A stretch of DNA of 64,000 nt from Lama guanicoe (Eukaryota): contig MU053933.1 in NCBI GenBank assembly GCA_013239625.1, positions 62,001 to 126,000 of the forward strand, in the 5' to 3' direction. Shown here piece after piece: positions 48,433-62,279 of the stretch. A program made the position numbers and the translations under genes. Under the pieces are notes generated by a model, which searched no databases, had not been told where the DNA came from, and worked only from the letters and a program-made list of their open reading frames with translations. The first letter of the stretch is position 1; every line of letters starts with the position of its first letter.

Positions 48433-49635
48433 CAGTGGAAAGACATTACAAAACCCCTCCTGGCTAACACAGAGGCCACCCCGATGCTGGACAAGAGGGC
48501 ATCTGGAGTATGAAAGGGCCGGGCTACCTTCCCCCGGCTCCACCCACAGTCCTGCCGACGCTTGTGCCAAGCAGGTGAAGACGGCCTTCCCAAGTGCGTG
48601 CCCAGGCCGGGGGCTGATGGAGAAGGGGTGTGGTCTCCCGAGCGGTCACGCCCAGCTTGGTCACACGCTGGCCGCCCAGTCACCGGCCTGGCATCTGACT
48701 GTTAGCTGGTCTGACGCCGGCCAAGCCCTCAGGAGACTGCAAGGAATAGCTGAATGTTTGAAGAAAAAGAAAAAAAATCAACCACCAATTACTCACAAAG
48801 GTGTCTTGGAAAAGTCCCTTGACTTCCCCAGGTGAGTTCCTGCAGCTCTAAAATGAAGAGGGTTAACCCGAGTCACTCCTCAAATTTCTCCACCGGCCCA
48901 CACGCCCCTAACGCTGGGAACATCCTACATGCATCCTGGGCACCTTTGGCCCGGAGGTGCCTCCTCGAAGTTCAAAACGTCTTCTGAGACTTCTATCTTC
49001 AAAGGCTGCAAAATATCGTCATCCTATTACATAGACCATCCATGTTTGTTTTGAAAAATGAAAATAAATCCTCAGCCCTATGAAGCTGCCCCTCTGAGAT
49101 GTCCGGTACGGCCACGTGGTGGTGGAGTAGCCCCCTCGCCAGCTCCAGCCTCTGCCCCAAGGCAGTCCCAGCTCCGCTGTCCCTCCCACAGGGAAGCGAG
49201 GGGAGTGGGGGGCTCAAGGACTCACCAAACCTCCCATTGCCACCCCATGCCAAGCTGAGGGGTCAAGAGGATAACTCCCTGGGTTTGAGTCCCAAGTCTG
49301 TCACTACTGGCTGTGTGACCTTGGGCAAGTCACGCAACCTCTCTGTGCCTCCCTTTGCCAGCAGAGAAAGTGGAGATGATGATAACCACTGGCAGGGCTG
49401 TTGTAAAAGCTAGACCACCGGTTCTGTAACGCTCTCAAACAACGCCCAGCACGCTGAAAGGGCTTCATGTGAAGTCAGCTCCCTTCACCTCCAGAACCTC
49501 CTTCCTGCCCTCACCTCTTGTCACCGTCACTGCTGCCTTCAAACTCATGGACATTTCTCTTCCGTTTTATTTTACCTTTCCCCAGCTTCTTCTCCCCTTA
49601 TCCTCTCTCCCCCTCTTTTTTCATTCTACTTGTGA

Positions 49636-49960
49636 AGAATGACCTTATTTGGAAATAGGATCCACGCAGGTGTAATTAAGTTGAGATGCTGTCAGGCTGG
49701 ATAGGGCCGGCACTAACCCAATGCCTGGTGTCCCTGTGGGAAACGGGAGACACACAGATGCAGAGAAGCAGTGAGGAAGCCACAGCCAAGGATGCTGGCA
49801 GCCCCCAGCATCTGGAAGAGGCAGGAAGGATCCCCCCGGAGCCCTCAGAGGGAGCACGGTCCTGCTGACGCCTTGACTTTGGATTCCGGCCACTAGCTTG
49901 TGAGAGTGGGTTTCTGCTGACTAAGCCCCCAGATTGTGGTGCTTTGCCACAGCAGTCCCA
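49636..49960 (+). mobile_element. MaLR LTR fragment (MLT1-like)
   Basis: gaccttatttggaaatagg...gagccctcagagggagcacggtcctgctgacgccttgactttgga. Confidence 0.8.
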
Positions 49961-50672
49961 GTGGAGCAGTGCTGGTCCTCACAACTGCCCATCGCACAGT
50001 GCCTGCCTGGCCCCTGAGGGACACAGAGGAGCCCGTGAGCCAGGACCGCCCACAGCCTCGGACAAGCCTCACTGCAGGGCACCTGCACCTCACAACCCCC
50101 ACCCCCACCCACCCACACGGAGACGTGCATTTGACAGAGGCATCGGAACACAGCAAGATCAGCAGGAGAGCTCAGAGATGAGGTCAGGGGACGGAGCCCC
50201 CGCAGAGAGCCGCCTGCTCCCTGAGAGGATGAGCAGATGGGCTGGGGGCAGCGGGAATCCGGCCCTCCGTGCACGTGCCTAGGGCACGGTGAGCTCACTG
50301 TTTGGTTGTATCCAGTATGCAGTATCCAAGGATGCTGGAGCCACTCTGCCTTTTGGGCACGGAGGGTGGGGCAGAGCACTTCCGGATGGAGATGCTGCCG
50401 TCTCCTTCCCAGGACAGTGCGGGGACCTTTCCCGGGCACGTGAATACTTCTACTGGACCAAGTGAAGAGGGTAGGGGGTGCAGACTGCCATGCTGGGCAG
50501 GGGCACATGGAGCTTGGGACCCTGGGGGTGCCACTGCAGGGGTCCTGTGCGGCCATCTGGATCACAGCCCAAGAGGCCGGCCTGGGCCAGAGATTTGTCC
50601 TAGAGGAACCGGGAGGTCCACATCAGGTGGAAGGGCCAGAGCCATCTTGGAGACCGGCTGTCCCCCAGCAGG

Positions 50673-50982
50673 TGTTAAATTAATTCAACAAAGAGGCCAT
50701 TAGACGGATAAGACTCCAAGGCTGTGGCAGCTACGGAAGCAAACCCAGATCCAAGCCTGCAAACCCCTCAGGGCTCTGAAGTCTAACCTGAAGGGCAGCC
50801 TGAAGGTCCCAGGGCTGCCGCCACCCGTCACATCCGGTCTGCCTCTCCATTTTGCGTAAATCTTTTCGGCCTCTGTCTGCAAGCACCCCACCTCCTGCTG
50901 GTTTGGCATTGCCCCATTCTAGTTGATTTTTGCTCACATGAACTCTTAAAATGTTCACTATGCCTCGGTTTACCTTTTCACA
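50673..50982 (+). mobile_element. Older ERV1-type LTR
   Basis: tgttaaattaatt...gaggccattag...aactcttaaaatg...ttaccttttcaca. Confidence 0.5.
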
Positions 50983-51880
50983 AGGAGAGAGGCCGTGTCC
51001 ATTGGCTGGAGCAAATGGATGGAGCAGACACTCACCGCTGCCCTGGGGTGGAAGCAGGTCGTGCCAAGCACCTGGAAGGGATGGCCAGGGCCTCTCAATA
51101 TGCAAATGAGGATGATGAAGCCAAGAATAACAGAAGTCACAGCATCATTAGTTGAGATCAGGCCCCGGGCTAGGACACTGGGTTGTTTAAACCTCCTACT
51201 GGCCCACTTTCCAGATGAGGTGACTGACCAGCGCAAGGCGGAGGACCTTCCCGCATTCCCAAGGCTGCAGAGGCACCAAGTGGAAACCTGCCATGAGGTT
51301 GGTGGTGTGGCCTCCCTCTGCCCTAGCTTACCAGTACCCCCTCGAGCTGGGACTAATCTCCTCCCCAGGGAAGGACCTCCAACTCACGAGGTCCTAATGC
51401 CCTTTCCTGGGGAGGAGCCGCTCTCCAGGCCGTGGTCAGGCCCAGCTGTCCCGCTGGGACGAGAGGGCAGAGACCAGTCCCCTGGGCTGTGGGTGACCTG
51501 GGCACAGAGCCTGGAACTCTGTCCTGCTGGCTTTGGGGAGGAGCCCAAGGAAGCTGGAAGCCGCAGGCACACGCGGTGCTGGCAGGGGTTAAAGTGGCGG
51601 CTGAGTTTCTAAGCGTGTTCAAGCCTGACAGGAGATATGGGAGAAGACACCACTAGCTCGGGGCGTTACTCCCGGGTGCTTTTGATTCGAGAGTTCTCGC
51701 TGTCTCAAGTTAAGGAAGTTTGGGGCTCTACATTCTTGAGGTTTCACAACTCTTCCCCCAGGGGCGGTGGCTGGGTTCTCACCACTCCCTGTTCCCTGGG
51801 GAAAGCTTCTTGTTTTTGCACAAAGCTCCAGATGTCTTGAGGGGGCGAAGCTGATGTATGCTTGCCTCGCTGTGTGCAGT

Positions 51881-52190
51881 CTGTGGGTTTAACTGTGCCC
51901 CCCCCAAAAGCAGTGTCCAAGTCCTACCCGCTCCCACCCCGTGCCTGTGGGTGTGAGCTTATGTGGAAATAGGGTCTTTGCAGATGTAACCAAGGTGAGA
52001 TGAGGTCAGACCGGAGTGGGGAGAGGGGTGGTTCCTGAGTCTGGTGTCCTAGAAGAAGAGAGATGCAGACACAGACAAGCTACAATGGGACAGGAATGAT
52101 GCGGCCACAGCCCAGGGCTGTCAGCATGCCAGCTGCTGCGACGAAGGCCAGGAAGCACTCTTCTCTGAGCCTTTGGAGCGAGCATGGCCC
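51881..52190 (+). mobile_element. MaLR LTR fragment (MLT1-like)
   Basis: tgtgggtttaactgtgcccccccaaaag...ggaaatagggtctttgcagatgtaac. Confidence 0.8.
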
Positions 52191-53453
52191 TGCCTCCCCA
52201 CTTATCCCCAGCCAGCGCTGACTGTGGTCCTGACCGTGGTCACTGAGTAGCCTGGCCGAGACCCCACCTCCTGCTACCCTCTCAAGGGAAGCCCTGTCCA
52301 GTCAGAATGATGCCACCTTGCAATCCGTGCCCACCCACCCCCTTTAGCCTGCTCTCAAAGCCTGGAAACCTCCTTTTATATGTTGCCTCCTCCAAGCAGC
52401 CTTCTGGGAAGCCCCTTTGTCGTGGAAGGAGCCCGCCCTCACGCTAGCATGTCCCACACTGTCAAGTTAATCATCGTTCATGCATATGTGTCCTCCCCTG
52501 GACGGCAGCCTCTCTGCGGGTAGGAACTGTGGTCATGCACCTGGAGCCCCTGGTTAGCACGGGGGCTGGTTCTGGTGGGGGCACATTGAAGGTCAGGCGA
52601 GCAGACTGAAGACTCAGCGAGGAGTGATTCAACAAGGGCGAGGGGTTAATTCACTTCCATCGTCGCTGTGTCTTCCCACTGTCCCCGCCGTTTGTCCCCG
52701 AGGCAGCATCTTCTCCTTGGCCCCAGAGCTCCTGTGCCGTGGTTAGTGATGGGGCGTGAGATAACAATGACTAAACACATACATTTATTCAGGTTCTGAC
52801 ACAGAGGCCGGAGGAAAGCAGGCTGGCACCAAAGACTGAACCAAAAAGGGCAAGCAGGGATGCAGGTGGGCCGGAATCGCTGGCGGGGCTGTGCAAGGGG
52901 GTCTGCGGGCAGGGTGCGGGGACGCAGGAAGGGGATGTGGGAGGAGGGGGCGGAGCCAACCAGGCCAGGGGACTCAGGGCGGGTGTCCTTCCACGCTCGT
53001 CCGCTGGGGGCGCAGTCTGGGGCGCACCCGATGGCCTGGGAAGCGCCCCCCACCCCTGCCCCGCCTCCCCGGTCCCACCCTGCAGGCAGTTTTCAGCTCT
53101 GTCAACACACAGCGTCTCCAGAATCCAGTGTCACCGTCCAGCCACTCTGAGCTGCCCACTCGGGCTTGTTATCTGAGAAAGCTTGATACGGTTTCCATCC
53201 TAATTACCACGCTAGCCGCACAGGGACTGCAAACACCTGCAAAGTTCCCAAGTGTCCCAGCTTCTTGGGCGCCAGGGGAGTTGAGCGAGGACACGGCCCC
53301 CTTACCTGCCTCAGGGGTTACTGGGAGATGGGCCTGTGTTTCCAGCCCTCACAGTCGCTGAGGCTTCTCCCTCCTGTCCCCGATCCTAGCCCCACTCACC
53401 AGTCGGCTACAAATTCCCACCGCGGCCACCACTCTGCTCTCAGAGCTTAGAAA

Positions 53454-54352
53454 TGTGTGTGTATGTGTCTGTGTGTGTCTGTGTGTTTGTGTGTGTATGT
53501 GTCTGTGTGTGTGTGTGTCTGTGTGTGTGTCTGTGTGTGTCTGTGTGTGTGTCTGTGTGTGTCTGTGTGTGTGTCTGTGTGTGTCTGTGTGTGTGTCTGT
53601 GTGTGTCTGTGTGTGTGTCTGTGTGTGTCTGTGTGTGTGTCTGTGTGTGTCTGTGTGTGTGTCTGTGTGTGTCTGTGTGTGTGTCTGTGTGTGTCTGTGT
53701 GTGTGTCTGTGTGTGTCTGTGTGTGTGTCTGTGTGTGTCTGTGTGTGTGTCTGTGTGTGTCTGTGTGTGTGTCTGTGTGTGTCTGTGTGTGTGTCTGTGT
53801 GTGTCTGTGTGTGTGTCTGTGTGTGTCTGTGTGTGTGTCTGTGTGTGTCTGTGTGTGTGTCTGTGTGTGTCTGTGTGTGTGTCTGTGTGTGTCTGTGTGT
53901 GTGTCTGTGTGTGTCTGTGTGTGTGTCTGTGTGTGTCTGTGTGTGTGTCTGTGTGTGTCTGTGTGTGTGTCTGTGTGTGTCTGTGTGTGTGTCTGTGTGT
54001 GTCTGTGTGTGTGTCTGTGTGTGTCTGTGTGTGTGTCTGTGTGTGTCTGTGTGTGTGTCTGTGTGTGTCTGTGTGTGTGTCTGTGTGTGTCTGTGTGTGT
54101 GTCTGTGTGTGTCTGTGTGTGTTTGTGTGTGTGTGTGTGTGTGTGTATGTGTCTGTGTGTGTTTGTGTGTGTGTCCGTGTCTGTGTGTGTATGTGTGTGT
54201 TTATGTGTATGTGTGTATGTGTGTGTGTCTGTGTGTGTTTGTGTGTGTGTTTGTGTGTGTATGTGTGTGTTTATGTGTATGTATGTGTGTATGTGTCTGT
54301 GTGTATGTGTGTCTGTGTGTGTGTCTGTGTGTGTGTGTGTATGTGTGTGTGT
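53454..54352. repeat. ~900-bp GT-rich simple repeat with a perfect 22-bp higher-order core
   Basis: The core 53519-54112 is 27 x [CT(GT)5CT(GT)4], with degenerate GT/AT flanks. Confidence 0.97.
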
Positions 54353-54376
54353 ATAAACATATATATGCGGATAGTC

Positions 54377-54820
54377 ATGGGCTGAATTGTGTCCCCTCAA
54401 CATTCATATATTCAAGTCTGACCTCCAGCCCCTCACAACGGGACCTTATTTGGACACAGGGTCACTGCAGGTGTACTTAGCTAGGATGAGGTCAGACTGG
54501 AGTAAGGTGGCCCCCAACCCAGTATGACTGGTGTCCTTATAAAAGGGGAAATTTGGGCACAGACAGGCACACAGGGAGACGCCCTGCAAAGATGAAGGCA
54601 GTGACTGGACTGGTGTGATGCACCTACAAGCCAGGGAACCCCAGATCGTTCACAAAGCCCCAGAAGCTGGGGGGCCTGGAACAGATTCTCCCCCAGAGCC
54701 CTCAGAACCAGCCCTGCACACACTTCCATCTCAGACGTCTGGCCTCCAGAAAGAACAGTGAGACAATAAACTTCTGTTGTTGGAGCCACTCAGTTTGTGG
54801 TGCTTGGTTACAGGAAACAG
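54377..54820 (+). mobile_element. MaLR LTR (MLT1B/C-like)
   Basis: atgggctgaattgtgtcccc...gactggtgtccttataaaagggg...acaataaacttctgttgttggagccactcagtttgtgg. Confidence 0.88.
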
Positions 54821-55995
54821 TATGTACAGATGTACACAAAATACACGTCTGTGAATAAATATGGACGATATAAAAATCATCAAGAAGAAAGCACTATCCC
54901 TAGTTCTAGGGAGAGCACACTTGCTGGTGTGCGCCTTTCCAGGTTTTTGCCCCAGGTGTGTAGGCTTCAAGCTAAGTTCATACCGTGTAGTTTTCCTTTG
55001 AAACATTTTCCTGTATTATTTGTTGAGAAGATTATGTAATATGCCATCAAATAGCTAAGTGATTTTATTTCAGTTATTTTCAATTGTTTGCAATGAAAAA
55101 GAAATGCAAATGAACACCCTCAAGTGGAAATCATTTCCTGCATTTCTGAGCATTTGGGTGGATCTGGGTGGACCTACTCAAGCTGCAGAAATGGTTTCCA
55201 TTGTTTGAACCTAATGAGTGGGTTCATCCTCTCAGCCCAGGGATCAGTTAGAGTGACTTTGGTCCAAGGTTGTCAGTGTGATTTGGGTTCAGAAAAGAGC
55301 CTGCATCCTGCCTCCTGCCATTGAGTCATGGGGCACATGTGTCCTCACGGGAGCTCAGGAACACAAGGCTCTTTGCTCTTCCAAGAGACATTCTGGAAAC
55401 CAGCCTGTTTTCTCTTTCTCCTGGATGCTGAAGACATGATGCTTGGAATCACTGCAGCGTTTTTGTCACCATGAGGGAGACCCATTAGGATAGAGCTGAG
55501 AGACACAGGGTAAGCAGGTTTTCAATGACACTGTTGAGCACATGACTCAAACCAACCCATTCGTAGACTTCCCAGGAGTGAGATCCAATGCTCGTGCCAC
55601 AGAGCCGTGACGAATGCAAACTCTGACGGCTGCCACAAGGGAGGAGAAAAGCAACTAAAATCACGCCAGCCCCTCCGTTCACATCTGGCCCTCCACATCC
55701 TGCTTTGTCAATGCTTGTCTCACCATTCTGCAGAACTTTAACTTGGTGATATTGATAAAATCACTGGGCAGAGCCTCTCGAACATCCGTTCAGCAGACAA
55801 GGCGTCAGGCTCGGGTCATCATGGGTGTCCACGGAGATCCATCCATGCGGGGGAATGGTGGCTCGGGCCAAGCTAGAGAGGCCAGGACAAGCACCCGTGT
55901 TGCTCCAGGGTCCAAGGAAACAGGCTAGAATCAGGTTGTGTGAACAGCAAAATGCTCGTCCCATTCACTTTTCTTGAATATAGGTATTCAGTGGT

Positions 55996-56392
55996 ACAGT
56001 GGGTTGAATGGTGTCCCTCCAGCACCTCATTTGGAAATAGAGTCTTTGCAGGTGTAATTGGTTAAGGACCTGGAGGTGAGAGCATCCTGATTACCCAGAG
56101 GGGTCGGACATCCAACACCTGCTGTCCTTAGTAGAAGAGGAGCCCACACAGAGACAGGCAGTGACGTGAAGCTGAGGGCAGAGATTGGAGTGGTGCGTGG
56201 ACAGTCTAGAGCTTGCCGGCAGCCGCCAGACACCGGGAGAGCCTGGGTCAGATTCTCCCCTGAAGCCTCCGAAGGAACCAACCTTGCCCGCACCCTGCTT
56301 TTAGAATTCTGGCCTCCAGAGCGGTGAAGAGAACAGACCTCTGTAGTCACAGAGTTTGTGGCCACTTGCTGTGGCCGCCCTGGGAAGCTGAC
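55996..56392 (+). mobile_element. MaLR LTR (MLT1-like)
   Basis: gtgggttgaatggtgtccc...tttggaaatagagtctttgcaggtgtaatt...ttctggcctccagagc. Confidence 0.8.
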
Positions 56393-57099
56393 ATCTGGGC
56401 CTTCTGATTCTAATTCAAATCCTCTCCCCCCAGGACAAAGCCCCTGGGATTGTAAAGCGTTAGCAGTCTGCGTATCTGGAGAACTGGTTCAGCGTCCCTC
56501 ATCCTGTGTCCCCTGGCACTAGACACTCTCTGGGAGAAGAGGCGCCGGGCCCCGTGGAGCTGGGGCCCACTGCACACTGCTCCAAAGCTCCCTGCGGCGG
56601 GTGGAGGGGGTAGTCACACCACCTGTCACCAGTTCTGAGATGCCCTGGAGGAGACAGGAAACGTGGAGAATTTTTCCAGGTGGAGTTCCTGTACATAGAC
56701 ACTTTTCTTTCATCTAGTACTTACAGGTTTATCAAAGAAGAGCCACGACACACCAGGGCCCCGGCACTGCTCTGCGCTGTGGCATACTGCCCTCCTGGTG
56801 AGAGGCGGGAACACCCGAATCCCTTGCAGACCGGAGTTAAATTCACAGACCAAGGAAAGTCGCTTATTTCTTTTTTCAGCACAGAGTCGAGCTGAAGGCA
56901 CTGGCATGGAAGGTGGATTTGGGGAGAGGGACATGACTGGGAACACTGCAGCTTTTCCCACCCAGAACTGTGTTTCTGGATGCTGGCTCCTTCCTGGCTG
57001 AGCGGCTGTTCCCAGATCAGGAAGAGGAAATGTGGCCTGGACCACCGCTGTGGACCCAGGCAGTCAGGATGCGGCTGGTCTCACAGACTCGGTGTAAGA

Positions 57100-57280
57100 T
57101 GCACGCAGGTCTCCAAAGACGGTGCAAAGAACGTGAGATGTCTCATCCTTAACGTTTATCTCATTACATGTTGAAAGGATAATATTTTGGATATATGGAG
57201 TTAAAGAAAACATATTGATACAATTGATTTTAACAGGCTGTTTTAACTGTTAACTGGCTTCGGTGCAGCTACCAGAAAGC
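57100..57280. mobile_element. MER3/MER33-like hAT relic
   Basis: cattacatgttgaaaggataatattttggatatat motif. Confidence 0.55.
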
Positions 57281-57874
57281 CCAGCGTTACCGGGCAGCCC
57301 CCCTTCCGGGACTGGAGTTAGGCTCCCACCAGACAGAGCTGCGGAGCAGGGGCTCAGGGATCCCCACCTGCCTGCCTGAGGTGGGGGGAGCTCACCTTGG
57401 CCCCTCCCAGGCCCCCCGGAAGAGCGATTTCAGCTTGCAGAGCCTGGGAGAAGGCTCCCAGGGGTTTCACGTGTTCACTTGGGGCACAGGGTCTAGACTG
57501 GGCCCCTGAGGAGAGGTAACTCACGAATGTCTGTGGTTATGACGGCCTGCGGGGTGGGGGGCCTTCACCGCAGCCAAAAACCGGAATCCCCACTTTTCTT
57601 CTCTTTCCATTCCTTCTCCGCTCGCTCCATTTCATGGAGGGTGGCCTTCGTGGTCCACGAAACATCTGATGGACGACCTGGGGGAAAAGCATGGACTCCG
57701 CTCATTAATCCTCAACCAGCAGAAGCAGGTCTGGGTGTTGCGCTCGGTGGGTGGAAGGTCGTGGAGTCCTTTGTGAGTCCTGGAAAGACCCGGGCTGGAT
57801 CCCGCCGTTCCGGAACCCCACCCGGACAAGCACAGGGCTGAGCGCGTGGCAGGTGGTCTCAGATGCCCGTTGAT

Positions 57875-58135
57875 CGACAGCAGGGGGCGCTGCTGAGTTT
57901 TTGGCCAGTTTTGGTCGCAGCCTGCGCAGCTCACTGGCTGCCCAGAAGGCCTGGAGCTGGGAGCGGGGGAGGTGTTGAAGAGCCCTCTGGGATTATAATC
58001 TAGCCTCTTATGAGTAAAAGACATTTCCTTTAGCTGTCGGAGAGTTAGGCTCCGAGCCTCTCCCGCTAACAGAAGGCAGAGCAGCTACAGAGCGATGGGG
58101 GCGGCCTGGCGCGCTCCGGCCAGCAGGGGGCAGTG
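57875..58135 (+). promoter_or_regulatory. Two co-oriented CTCF consensus motifs
   Basis: cgacagcagggggcgctg (57875-57892) and ggccagcagggggcagtg (58118-58135) match CCASYAGRKGGCRS. Confidence 0.55.
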
Positions 58136-60825
58136 CGGCTCACGTCTGCGCGCCCTGGGCTCTGGCCCTAACGAGAGGACTGGTTGACAGGGTCAACCAG
58201 TTCAGTATAAGGTCCAGATCTGTGGCCATGATCCTTTACTAAGAAAGTTCGGGCAGTACTTGGGGACTTTTGTTGCTGCTTTTTACAGAGGCCACTGTGA
58301 TGGTGGGAAGGGATCCCAAAGACTTGAGATTATTTAAATCCGTTTTCTAAGGAGGACTGAGTCTCTGTCAAGGCCAGAGCCAAGGTCAAACAGTAGGAAT
58401 GCACTAAGACATGTTCATGGAAAGACACTGACAGTATTAATACAGCGCGAGGGGTTATTAGAAAGTTAAGGAGGAGAGACAGGCCCGGAGTGGGGAGGAA
58501 CAACCAGAACGAGGCTCACGCTTTAGGGGGAGGAGGTGTGCGATAAATCAGACATTATACGTGAATAGACTGTGTTTGCACTTCTTCAGGGACTGGGGTC
58601 CTAAGACGCTTTCCACATCGTCAGAAGCTGGCCTGTGGGTTAAGGTGCCAAGGCCCACGGTGGCTCCCGTCGCGTCTGCCAGGACAGGCTTCCTCTGGGA
58701 CGTCCCGAAACTCCTTGAGGCCGTTTTGCGTTTACCTGCGTTGGCTTGTGTGCTTTTCAGCTGCCATGCCGGAGCTGGAAACGCCTGCCTTGGAGGACGG
58801 CTTCCTTCCCTTCCTGGCGTTTCCCCGCGGGTTGGTGGGCAGCCCCAGGGCTGTGGACACCCCACCCCGCACGGAATGCCCCCCTTGGCCACAAAGTTGC
58901 GCATGTCCAGCTCCGGGCCAGGAGAGGTAAAAAAATGGTCAAATTCCTGCTTGCCTTGTGGCTACAATTCTCTCAGGCACAGTCCAGCATCTTTACCTTC
59001 TTTCGTTCTGACGTTCTCCTCCCAAGAGCGTCGCCTCAGAGGCCCCCGGAGCCTCCTCTAGGGGGTTGGAGACCGGCTTCCTTCAGCCCACGGAGTCCCA
59101 GTTTGGCCTGAAACGGGTTAAATCTAAAAGACACTGTGGCTTACTGAACTGTGTTTTATATCACCTGGATTTTCCCACTGCCTCTGATTTTTAGAAGAGA
59201 AGGGAGATTGTAATGAAATGCCTGCGTCCTTGTGCAAGCCCTGCTGGATGGTCAAAGGTGGCGAGCTCCCTCGTGAAGCTGTCAGCAGCAGACGGGGCGC
59301 ACCAGCTCGGCCAGGAGAGGCACATCTGGATCCTGTAGAGAAGGGGTTTGGGGGTCTTGGCGGAAGGCGGAGGTGCAACAGTCCACAGGCCAGAGAGGGA
59401 GCCCTCAGTGCGTCACCAAACGTCAACCCCTCGGGAGCAGGAGTGCAGCCGGCAGCTGGCGTTCCAGCGCACACGTGCCCTGCGTGGACCAGTACATCCT
59501 CTGCCAGGAAGACACACCAAAGGCCGTTCACCTCAGACAGGGAGGGTGGCATCTCTCCGTGATTCCTGTTTGCTGGAGCCCGGCGAAGCCTGAGCAGGAC
59601 AGACACCTGGCTTCAGAGCGGCGGCCGCCAGGTGAGGGCGCCCCATGCCTTGCCTTGGCGGGTGGGCCTACGCCTTGATTGTCCGCACACGTCACTAGCG
59701 ACTGCCCCGCCCCAGGCCCAGAGGGTTTCAGGGTGGGCAGAAGAAATTCCGAAGCCCACCTCACCCCTTTACAAACACCTGCCCTGTATTGGGGAAGGCG
59801 AGGCAGAGGGTCCCTACCCTTGTCTTGTGGACTGCAACAATTAAAGGGGCAATACAATTGGATTTTTTCTTTTCTCTTTTAGCCAGACTGGTCCCTGCTA
59901 AATGCTTGAATTCCGTTGCTCGAGGCCCAGTCCCCCTGTAGCTGCTGAGGGTGGCTGATCACGAACAATGCAAGGGTTTCAGGCTGAGCTCTCTGGGGCC
60001 TGCTCACTTGAGGGGTGTCTGTCTTACTGATCTGCATCCCCCCCCACACACAGCTGACCCACAGCCCCAGCACCCCCGGGCCCTCCATCCCGGGTGGGCC
60101 TCAGCTCGTAAAGGGCATCGTGCAGTGGGTTCAGAACGCGTCCTCCTGGTAAGAAAGGCAGCACCTCCCAGATTCCTTTCCTGCCTCTTGCTGCCAAGAC
60201 AGGCAGGGATATGTGTCCGCCGCCAGCAACTTTAGCTTTAGGACCTGGACGGGCTTTGATCTGGATCCTGTGGGAAGCTTGCAGCTCGCTCCTCGGGCCT
60301 AGGAACAAGCCCGGACATCCCCGCTCCAAGCCTCACCTCTGCCTCGCGCCCTCCCCTGCACCCTCCCCTGCAGGGCTCCCTGGAGGGGGCTGAGGACAGC
60401 CAGAGGTGCCCTGGGAGTGCCAATCTGAAAAGAGGAGGATCCAGAGGTCAGGGTGCAAACTGCCTTCCACTTTCTGGTCCTTAGGGTCTGAGAGATTGCA
60501 TGCATTTCCCTGAGTTCAGGGAGTGGAAGCTCCCTTCACTCCCTCTCCTCATCACTTATTTAAATCAGTTCATGCCCACCAGCCATCCATTCATTAACAA
60601 ATCCTACAAGTTAACCCTGAATCCCTCCTGCACCGCGGGGCTGCGCTTCATGCTGGGATGGAGAATGGACAACTCTGAGGCTCTGGTTGGATGGAGACTC
60701 CAAGCCTCACTCAGAAAACACATGAAGAGTAGAGACTTGAAGAGTGAGACTTTCTAGCCTCTGTAGTTGGTAGATGGGAGCGAGAGAACATCCTTGAGAA
60801 CGGCAATTTAAAAAAAAAATCATGT

Positions 60826-61731
60826 TTTTAGAGCAGTTTTAGGTTTGCAGTAACATTGAGAGGAAGGTACAGAAATTTCCCGTAGACCCGTTGCCGCCAC
60901 TTTTGCACATCTTCCCCCCGCTATCAGCATCACTCACCAGCCTAGTACATTTATAACCAAGGATTGACCTACCCTGTACCTTATAATCTCACCAGAGTCC
61001 ATAGTTTACATTAGGGTTCACTTTTGGTGTCTTACCTTCTGTGGGCTTGGACAAACATACCATGATGTGTCTACCATTAAGGTGTCATATACAGGATTTC
61101 ACGGCCCCAAAGCTCCTCTGTGCTTTGCCTGTTCATCTCACCCAGCCTCCAACAACCACTGATTTTTTTACTATCTCCAAAATTCTGTCTTTTTCAGGAT
61201 GTCATACAGTTGGAATCATACAGTATGCAGTCTTTTCAAATTGGCTTTTTCCGCTTAGTAATATTAAGCATCTAAAGTTCCTTGGTATGTTTCATGACTC
61301 ATTTCCTTTTAGTGCTGAGTGATGTTCCATTGTCTGGATGTACCACAGTTTATCTGTTCACCTACTGAAGGACATCTTGGTTGCTTCCAAGTTTTGGTAA
61401 TTATGAATAAAGATACAATTATGAATACAAATATCCATGTGTAGGTTTTCATGAAGGCATAAATTTTCAGCTCCTTTGGGTATATACCAAGGAGCATAAT
61501 TGCTTGATGATAGGGTAAGAGGATGTTTAGTTTTGTAAGAAACTGACAAACTGTCTTGCAAAGTGGCTGCACCATTTTGGACTCGTGTCAGCAGTAAATG
61601 AGGGTTCCTGTTGTTCCACATCCTCATCGGCATTTGATGTTGTCAGTTCTGGATTTTGGCCATTCTAATAGGTGTGTAGTGGTACATCATTGTTGTTTTA
61701 ATTTGCATTTCCCTGATGACATATGATGTGG
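60826..61731 (-). mobile_element. L1MC/L1MB-type 3' end
   Basis: tttttagagcagttttaggtttgcag.... ORF 61309-61575 gives VQPLCKTVCQFLTKLNILLPY, the L1 ORF2 end. Confidence 0.88.
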
Positions 61732-62279
61732 AGGGGAATGGAAATTTGATTTGCCAGCCACTGGGGTCTGCCAAAGTCATCAAAAAGTTATTCCTTCTTT
61801 CCGTATATATTTGTTGAAAGTCAAGTATTACTCTAGGTTCTATTTAAATAGCAGATGCACATATGTTAAATAAATAGGCTACTAGATATATACAAAATAT
61901 TTTTATAAATACAAAAATATAAAAACAATTAAGAAAAAAGGTTGTACCACTTCTAATAAAAAGATTAGAACAAAACTTTGAACTATCCATTTTTAAAATA
62001 TGCTCTCATTAAACTCTGGATATTCTGGAAAATGTTACAAAGATAAGCATTGCAGTCTGAATAGTAGTATATTAGAAAGCAGAAGTAAATACTTCCAGGA
62101 AGTTTATAAATCTGGAGACGTTTCTGTGGGAAGGTAAAGGGACTCCTGTCCCCACAGTGCACCTGACAGAGGGCTCAGCAGCTCCTGCAGGTGGCGTAAC
62201 TTGAATGTACTTGTCCATCCTTTGTTCCTGATATTAAATTTCTTTTTCTTACTAAGGCAAATAGGACAAATTTACCTTA

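Noticed and set aside
53447..54480. 300-340 aa ORFs rich in C/V or H/T
   Set aside because: Translations of a stop-free (GT)n repeat; not keratin-associated proteins.
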